Shown here in pieces: positions 30,536 through 37,236 of a stretch of 37,236 nt of DNA. The position numbers were made by a program, and so were the translations under genes. This DNA comes from Patescibacteria group bacterium UBA5124 (GTDB lineage: Bacteria > Patescibacteriota > Gracilibacteria > Absconditabacterales > Absconditicoccaceae). Each line of letters begins with the position of its first letter. The stretch's first letter is position 1. Under the pieces are notes generated by a model that worked only from the letters and a program-made list of their open reading frames with translations, searched no databases and was not told where the DNA came from. The DNA lies in contig DHYS01000013.1 in assembly GCA_002414185.1 (NCBI GenBank), positions 4,438-41,673 on the forward strand, written 5' to 3'.

Positions 30536-31112
30536 AAAACCTGGAATATATACATCTCGAGATGAATGCAAACAATATGTAGACGGTTTTCCTGGTGCTA
30601 AATACAAATGATTTTCTTCTCTACAACAAGCTCAAGAAGCACTAAAAAATTCATATGAAAACTATTATGAAAGCAAACCAAAAGATCAACGAAAAACTCA
30701 AGATCTTCCTTTTGAAAAACACAGCATAGCTGTAGATGCTGCTTGTAGCGGAAATCCATGAGCACTAGAATATAAATGAGTAGATCTCAAATCTGGAGAA
30801 ATACTTTTTCACCAAAAATTTCCTTTATGAACAAACAATATTGGAGAATTTTTAGCTATCGTTCATGGACTTTCTTATCTCAAAAAAAATAACTCAGATA
30901 AAGCAATATATTCAGATTCCAAGCATGCTATGAAATGGGTTGAACAAAAGAAATGTAAAACCAAACTAGAAAAAAATTCTGATTCAGAATCTATATTTCA
31001 GATTATCAAACAAGCTGAAGATCGATTATCAACACATACCTACTCAAATAAGATTTTAAAACGAAATACAAAAGAGTGGTGAGAGATACCCGCTGATTTT
31101 TGAAGGAAATAA
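30507..31112 (+). CDS. rnhA: ribonuclease H (type 1) with an N-terminal hybrid-binding (viroplasmin-like) domain, 201 aa
   Basis: MKFYTVRIGKKPGIYTSRDECKQYVDGFPGAKYK-G-F (N-terminal domain), then VDAACSGNP-G-ALEYK-G-V...GEFLAIVHGL...YSDSKHA. The start ATG 30507 lies inside the HIT gene, giving a 29-nt overlap in a different frame. The frame was checked codon by codon. Confidence 0.88.
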
Positions 31113-31180
31113 ATCAATTATAGTTGACTTTTACAAGTAAAAATATATAAAAAGATATATTTATATATCATATACTATAT

Positions 31181-32110
31181 ATGAGCAACACTATTTTGGC
31201 GCATAAAGAGCTAGAAAATAAGAAGGAAAGAAAATCTTTTCATATTTTGGAAAGAACAAGAAAAATACTAAAAGATATGTTAAAGAAAAAATGAAAAAAC
31301 AACGAATCAGAATGAACAAACGGAAATATCGTAGAATTTGTAGATACTAAAATGACAAACGAAAAGTATCAACAAGAATTAAAAGATCAGCAAGAAAATA
31401 GTAAAGAAGATTTAGAAGTTATATCTGATGAATATATTATACAAGAAGTAAATAGAACACTTAAAGAAATAGAAAGTTTAATTACAAAAGAAGATTCCCT
31501 AAATAACAAAGTAGCATTCAAAATATGGAAAAAAACTTCTTATTTTAAAGATCATATAAAGACTTTAACAAAGAAAAAAAAAGAATCAGAATATAATGAC
31601 TTAAAAGATGCAATATTTAAATTTTATGAAAACACGTATATAAATCGAAAGGGTACGTTAGAAACAGATACAATAAAAATCAATCAAAACTTTAGTATTC
31701 CAGAAGATGATTTTAAAATACTTCCATGAAAAAAAATCATTTATACAACTAAATGAACATGAGAATCATATGAAGCTAAAGTAAATGAAACTCGATATGA
31801 ACCAGATACAAAACAATATGTAGTGCAAATGGATATTACTGATTCCAAAAAAAAATGAGCAAAAAAATTAGCAACCTATTTCAAAAATACCAATGATATT
31901 TGCAAAGAAGCTAATGAACATATCAAGATAATACTAGATGTAAATAATAATAGATCAAAAGATATCAATCGAGAAGAAATAAAAGAATGATTCTTAGAAT
32001 GAATAAATAATGTAAGAAGAGTTGTAGATAGAAAAAAAATAATCAAACTAACTCCTATAGTTTCTGAAAAAAAAGATGAAGATCAAAAAAAAGTCAGCTG
32101 AATAAACTAA
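31181..32110 (+). CDS. Lys/Glu-rich hypothetical protein (309 aa)
   Basis: Open frame from ATG 31181 to TAA 32108-32110 across about 9 TGA codons (checked). It includes track ORF 31352..31729. No recognisable motif. Confidence 0.65.
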
Positions 32111-32133
32111 AAAGGGCGTTGCCCCTTTTTTTC
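32109..32133 (+). terminator. intrinsic terminator (short GC stem)
   Basis: AAAGGGC-gtt-GCCC(C)TTT followed by TTTTTCTTTT. Confidence 0.5.
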
Positions 32134-32212
32134 TTTTATATTATCTCTTGATACAAAAGTCCTTTTTCGTAAATACAAAATGATATTTTTTAGATTATAA
32201 ATCTATAAACAA

Positions 32213-34012
32213 ATGCATCGTTCACATACATGCTGAGAGTTGAAAGCACAAAACGTAGGAGAAAAAGTTATACTTGCTGGTTGGGTAAACAAAGTAAGAA
32301 ATTTATGAGGTATGACATTTATAGATCTTCGTGATAGATATGGTATTACTCAAATAACAATCAATCCAGCCAATGGAAATATTTCTTTAGAAAACCTAGA
32401 AAATTTGGAAGATATAAGATCTGAATACGTAATCCAAGTTCAATGAGAAGTAATCGCTAGACCTGACAATATGATCAACAAAGATATGATCACCGGAGAA
32501 GTAGAAATACAAGCTAATACTATCAAGGTTATTACCAAAGCTAAAGTACTTCCTTTCCCTATAGTAGAAGATCCTAATACTAGTGAAGAAAATAGATTTA
32601 AATATAGATACCTAGATCTTAGAAGAAAAAAGGTTTTGGAAAACATCTTATTCAGATCTCAAATGACTACATTTACAAGAAACTGGTTTACTTCAAATGG
32701 TTTTGTAGATATACAAACACCTATCTTTACTGTTTCTTCTCCAGAAGGGGCAAGAGATTTTCTTATTCCATCTAGAGTAAACCCAGGTCAATGCTACGCA
32801 TTACCACAAGCACCACAACAATACAAACAACTCCTTATGGTAGGAGGTATAGATAAATATGTGCAGATTGCTCCATGTTTTCGTGATGAAGACCCTAGAT
32901 CCGATAGACATTCTTGTGAATTTTATCAAATCGACTGTGAAATGTCTTTTGTACAACAAGATGATATCTATGCAGTAGTAGAAAACTATTTCAATGCATT
33001 AATTCCAACATTAGCTCCTCACAAAAAAATCACTGTTGCATTCAAAAGACTCAAATACAAAGAAGCAATAGATATGTATGGAAGTGATAAACCAGACTTA
33101 AGATTTGATATGCAACTAATAGATATGACAGAAGAATTTAAAACATCTGATTTTTCTGTATTCAAAGATACTGCTACAAACTGAGGTACAATCAAAGCTA
33201 TGAGATTTGAAAACAAAGTACTTACAAGAAAAGAAGCAGACGATCTTACAGAACAAGTAAAGAAAAATAAAGCAAAAGGACTAGCATATCTTATGATTGA
33301 TGAAGAAGGACTCAAAGGAAGTATAGCTAAATTTATTACTCCAGAATTTTTAGAAATCATACAACAAAAAACCTGACTTCAAAAAGGGGATAGTCTACTA
33401 TTGATAGGAGATACCTATGATATTGTAACTACTGCTTTAGGAAGACTGAGAACATATATCAGAGATAAATACCTTCAAATCAACAAAGATGATTTAGCAT
33501 TCTGTTGGATTGAAGACTTTCCAATGTTTGAACAAGACCCAGAAACAGGTAAATACGATTTTTGCCACAATCCATTTTCTATCGTAAAAGGTTGATTTGA
33601 AGCCCTTAAAAATCCAAATAAATTAGAGATTACTTCCGAGCAATACGATCTTTCTTGTAATGGATACGAAATCCTCTCTGGATCAATCCGTAACCATGAT
33701 CCAGAACTCTTGCTCGAAGCCTTCAAAGTAGTAGGTAGAGGAGAAATAGAAATCAAAGCTAAATTTGGAGCTATGTACGAGGCTTTCCAATTTGGACCAC
33801 CTCCACATGGAGGATTTGCTATCTGATTTGATAGAGTCCTTATGATTCTCAAGGACGAAGAAAATATCAGAGAAGTCTACGCCTTCCCTAAATCAGGAAA
33901 AGCACAAGATGTAATGATGGGAGCACCTTCATTTGTAGATCCAATGCTTCTTGATGAAATAGGTATTGATTTTACAGATAGAGTTAAGAAATTTTTAAAT
34001 AATAAGGAATAA
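32213..34012 (+). CDS. aspS: aspartyl-tRNA synthetase, bacterial type (599 aa)
   Basis: MHRSHTC-G-ELK..., RNL-G-GMTFIDLRDRYG, FRDEDPRSDRHSCEFYQID, the insertion (GAD-like) domain and GPPPHGGFAI-G-FDR. Track ORFs 32471..33184 and 33401..33595 share its frame. Confidence 0.95.
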
Positions 34013-34053
34013 GATTTATTACCATCAAAGAACGACTTAAATTTTAACGAAAG

Positions 34054-34080
34054 CCACTCAAATTTGGGTGGTCTTTTTTT
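34054..34080 (+). terminator. intrinsic terminator after aspS
   Basis: CCACTCA-aatt-TGGGTGG followed by TCTTTTTTT. Confidence 0.7.
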
Positions 34081-34165
34081 AAAAAAAAATTATCCCTAGA
34101 TTTTTTAAAGGAAATACATATATATAGGTCAATCAAAGTTGATAAGGTGTACCCATTATACATAC

Positions 34166-34215
34166 GAAACGGGATTACAAGCCTATTCGGCTCTGATTCC
34201 GTTTTTCTATTTTCT
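34166..34215 (+). promoter_or_regulatory. terminator-like two-tier hairpin in the leader of the DEAD-box helicase gene
   Basis: Outer stem ACGGGAT (34169-34175) / ATTCCGT (34196-34202), inner stem AGCC/GGCT with loop TATTC, then GTTTTTCTATTTTCTTTTC. It ends about 50 nt upstream of the ATG at 34261. Confidence 0.45.
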
Positions 34216-34260
34216 TTTCAAAGTACGTAGAGGACATTTTTATCACTCATATTTTTTCTT

Positions 34261-35988
34261 ATGACAGAACAAATCACTTTTCACGACATTTGACTTTCAA
34301 ACAAGACTCTTGAATGACTTGAAAAAAAAGGATTCAAAAATCCTTCAGCAATCCAAGCAGAAGTAATTCCTTTGCTTCTTGCAAACAAAAAAAACATTAT
34401 TGGACAAGCAGCTACTGGTACAGGTAAAACTGCAGCTTTTGGTATTCCTATGATCGAAAAATTAAAACCAGGTGCTGGACATGTACAAGCTTTAGTACTA
34501 ACTCCTACAAGAGAATTAGCAATACAAGTTGCTGAAGAAATAGCATCTTTCCAATCAAAAAAAGACCTTAATGTAATGGCTATTTACGGAGGACAATCAT
34601 ATGAAATCCAAAATAGAGCTCTCAAAAGAGGAGTAGATATCGTAGTTGGTACTCCAGGTAGAGTAATGGATCACCTAGATAGAAGAACACTTAAACTAGA
34701 AAATATCAAATATTTTGTCCTTGATGAAGCAGATGAAATGCTCAATATGGGATTTATTGACGATATAGAAACTATTTTCAAACAAACAAATCCAGAAAAA
34801 AGAGTACTTCTCTTCTCAGCAACTATGCCAAGAGAAATCCTTTCTGTAGCTAAAAAATACATGGGAGACTACGATCTTGTATCTATCAAAAAAGATCAAC
34901 TTACTACTACACAAACAGAACAATTTTATATTCAAGTAGGTGAAAGAGATAAATTAGAAGCTCTTTGTAGATTTATGGATAAAGAAGAAGATTTTTATGG
35001 TATTGTATTCTGTAAAACTAAAGGAGATGCAGACCATGTATTCCAAAAACTTCACGAAAAAGGATATAGCGCACAAGCTCTCCATGGAGATGTACAACAA
35101 AAACAAAGAGAAGTAATACTAAAACTTTTCAAATCAAAGAAAGTTAAAATTCTGATTGCGACTGACGTTGCAGCTAGAGGAATCGATGTAAACGATATTA
35201 CTCACGTTATCAATTTTTCTCTTCCTCAAGATCCAGAAAGCTATGTACACAGAGTTGGAAGAACAGGTAGAGCAGGAAAAACAGGTACAGCTATCACATT
35301 TATCACTCCTAGTGAATTCAAGAAATTTGTATATTTTCAAAAAGCTACAAATACACAAATCAATAAGATAGATATTCCTAGTGTATCAAATGTAATAGAC
35401 GCTAAGAAGAAAAAACTAAAAACAAATATAGATAGTGTATTAGAAAAAGGGTCTCATGAAAAATATCTAGAAATAGCTCAAGAACTTATCCATGATAAAG
35501 AAGCTGAAAATGTAATTGCAGCTCTATTGAGAATAGCATATGCCAACGAATTCAACGAAGACCACTATACTACTATCGAAAAAATATCTTCAAATCCAAA
35601 ACAAGGAAGTGCAAGATTATTTATCGCTTTAGGTAAAAAAGCTGGATACTATCCTAAAACACTTGTAGATTTCATCACAGAACAAACAAACGTACCATCT
35701 AGAGAAATCGATGATGTAAGAGTAATGGAAGACTTTTCTTTTATTACTGTACCAGATTACCAATCTGAAATAATTCTCAAAACATTAGGTAGAACAGCAA
35801 GTAGAGCTAAAGATGATAGATGAGGATCTAGAGATAGAAGAAGTGGAGGAGGAAGATGATTTTCTGATAGAGGATCTAGAGGATACGGAGATAGAGAAAG
35901 ATCTAGCAGCAGATGATGATTTGGTAGAAGAGACGACAGAGGATCTAGAGATAGAAGAGGTTGAGAAAAAAGAGAATTTAGAAGATAA
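34261..35988 (+). CDS. DEAD-box ATP-dependent RNA helicase (DeaD/CshA-like) with a DbpA-type C-terminal domain and an Arg/Gly-rich tail (575 aa)
   Basis: Q-motif region FHDI-G-LSNKTLE-G-LEKKGFKNPSAIQ (TGA at 34291-34293 on the conserved Gly). Also AQAATGTGKT, DEAD, SAT and HRVGRTGRAG. After the track stop at 35821 the frame continues for 55 codons as an RGG-type tail to TAA at 35986-35988, checked codon by codon. Confidence 0.92.
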
Positions 35989-35996
35989 AAGAAAAA

Positions 35997-36026
35997 ACTC
36001 GCTAAAAAAACTAGCGAGTTTTTTTC
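35997..36026 (+). terminator. intrinsic terminator after the helicase gene
   Basis: ACTCGCTA-aaaaaac-TAGCGAGT followed by TTTTTTT. Confidence 0.8.
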
Positions 36027-36104
36027 TATAAAAAAGTTTCCCTTGAATAGTAAGGGTAAATCTTTATCAAAAAGACTGATTATTTTTTAATTATTTAAAT
36101 CAGA

Positions 36105-36806
36105 ATGCAGTACCCAAAACATGTAGCTATTATCCCCGATGGAAATAGAACGCGAGCCAGAGAAAGCAATAGAACTGTTCGAGAAGCATATTGGATATCT
36201 TATGACAGAGGAGTTGATATTATAGAATACACCTTTGAAAACACAACTACAGAAGCTATTACTCTTTGGTGATTGAGTACAGAAAATACAAAAAAAAGAC
36301 CAAAAGAAGAATTCGATTTCCTCATGAATATGTACAAAGAAATGGGAGACAGATTAGATAAAGTACTTACAAAGAACCAAGTGAATTTCAAATGGATAGG
36401 AAATCCCGATGGTATCACAGAAGATTTCAAGAACTATCTCCAAGATAAAGAAAAAACTCTCTCTTTTAACACCAATAAATATTGTATATTTGCTATAAAC
36501 TACGGAGGAAGAGATGAAATATTAAGAGGAATCAAAAAATTAGCTGATCAAGGAATAGATTTCAAAAATATCACAGAAGAAGCTTTATCAGATTCTTTAG
36601 AACTATCTAATGTTAGTCCTATAGAACTCGTCATCAGAACAAAAGGAGATGAAGCACAAAGAACATCTGGTTTTATGTCTCGATGGATCGGATATGCAGA
36701 ACTCTACTTTACTGCAAAAAAATGTCCTGAACTAGATATACCAACCTACAAAGAAGCACTCAATTGGTTTAATAATATATCAGAAAAACGTAACTTCGGA
36801 AAATAA
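36105..36806 (+). CDS. uppS: undecaprenyl-diphosphate synthase (cis-prenyltransferase), 233 aa
   Basis: HVAIIPDGNRTRA, LW-G-LSTENTKKRP, NYGGRDEI and IRTKGDEAQRTSGFMSRWIGYAELYF. It joins track ORF 36273..36806 in frame from ATG 36105. Confidence 0.9.
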
Positions 36807-36835
36807 TTCTATTTATCTATCTAAATAATGGTCTC

Positions 36836-37236
36836 ATGAAAATCTCTATTGAAACAGCAAAACTTATCGATGTAATAGATATAGCGAGTAGATTTGTAGC
36901 CAAAAATGCTACATTACCTATTCTACAAAATATTTATGTAAAAGCATCTATAGATAATATTATTATCAGAGCTACTGACATGGAAAAATATGTGGAAATA
37001 GAACTACCTTGTAAAGTAGAATTAGAATGAGCTGTTACTATCAATGCGAGAACATTTCTAGAAATCGTAAAAAGTATTGAAGAAACTCAAATAGAAATCA
37101 ACGTAGACCAAAAGACTCAGGTAGTTACTATAAAATCAAGTAAAGATACTTTTGATATCAATGGTCTTGCTGCTAGTGAATATGTAGCTTTACCTGAAGT
37201 ACCAAGAAACAATACAGTAAATTTAGATACACAAAC
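36836..37236 (+). CDS. dnaN: DNA polymerase III beta subunit (sliding clamp), N-terminal part (3' end lies outside the window)
   Basis: MKISIETAKLIDVIDIASRFVAKNATLPILQNIYVKA...IIIRATDMEKYVEIE is the typical DnaN N-terminus. The frame continues through a TGA at 37028 to the window edge. Confidence 0.9.

Noticed and set aside
35813-36031. Acidic 72-aa ORF (EDLEIEEVEEEDD...).
   Set aside because: It is an alternative frame of the Arg/Gly-rich C-terminal tail of the DEAD-box helicase. The AGA/GGA/GAT repeats read as Glu/Asp-rich sequence in the shifted frame. The helicase frame is the biologically expected one.
35989-36835. A replication origin (oriC) next to dnaN.
   Set aside because: I found no DnaA-box-like TTATCCACA/TGTGGATAA motifs in the flanking spacers. 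dnaN is preceded by uppS rather than dnaA, and the spacers are short (29 and 116 nt).
1-37236. Genetic code 4 (UGA = Trp, as in Mycoplasma and Spiroplasma) as the explanation for in-frame TGA.
   Set aside because: At the diagnostic motifs the TGA replaces glycine, not tryptophan: MurA SG-x-KNA, DEAD-box D-x-G-L, PilB VGE, MFS G-x-x-x-D-x-x-G-R, Walker-type and GT4 EG motifs. Normal TGG codons are used where Trp is expected, for example in QPVWRGE of HisRS.
1-37236. CRISPR arrays, prophage or transposon content, or rRNA genes.
   Set aside because: I saw no regularly spaced direct repeats, no integrase, transposase or phage-like genes, and no rRNA-like sequence. The only repeats are the short hairpin elements listed above.

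Overview
This is a visibly AT-rich bacterial chromosomal segment (roughly 30% G+C by eye, not computed). It only makes sense under genetic code 25, where UGA encodes Gly, as used by Gracilibacteria/BD1-5 and Absconditabacteria/SR1 (CPR/Patescibacteria). Almost every fragmented ORF in the supplied standard-code track joins its neighbours in frame across TGA codons. Those TGAs fall on conserved glycines: MurA ISG-SKNAALP, DEAD-box F-x-D-x-G-L, PilB LVGExR, MFS motif A GGRSDKYGRKP, SmpB E-x-G-I and L-K-G-x-E-V-K-S, and GT4 NEG-MSN/AEG-FPN. Re-read this way, I checked reading frames codon by codon for most genes. The window holds 34 tightly packed CDS, one tRNA-Cys(GCA), several clear intrinsic terminators and a small family of GTCATT...AATC hairpin repeats. 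I found no rRNA, CRISPR array, transposase or integrase. Gene content in order:
- two hypothetical proteins and murA
- a two-subunit 2-oxoacid:ferredoxin oxidoreductase
- a minus-strand glycan cluster (GT2, two GT4, and a 712-aa polytopic membrane protein)
- a secreted beta-rich protein, a UPF0489-like protein and an MFS transporter
- an orphan PilB/GspE ATPase next to a membrane-anchored EEP-family protein
- miaB, hisS, a glucosaminidase-like protein, a DUF2304-GT2 fusion, serS and tRNA-Cys
- smpB, a P/Q-rich membrane protein and glyQS
- an AbrB-like protein followed by a MacAB/YknXYZ-like efflux set (HlyD adaptor, ABC ATPase, FtsX permease)
- HIT, RNase H, a K/E-rich hypothetical protein, aspS, a DEAD-box helicase with an RGG tail, uppS and the start of dnaN

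The most interesting unexplained item is a promoter-to-terminator unit of about 390 nt with no ORF at 25410-25838, a candidate structured RNA that I could not assign to any known family by eye. Also notable are the hairpin repeat family, some copies sitting inside operons, and the very uneven use of TGA-Gly between genes. No Shine-Dalgarno motifs are visible upstream of the starts I inspected. All product calls come from motif recognition by eye; no database search was run.
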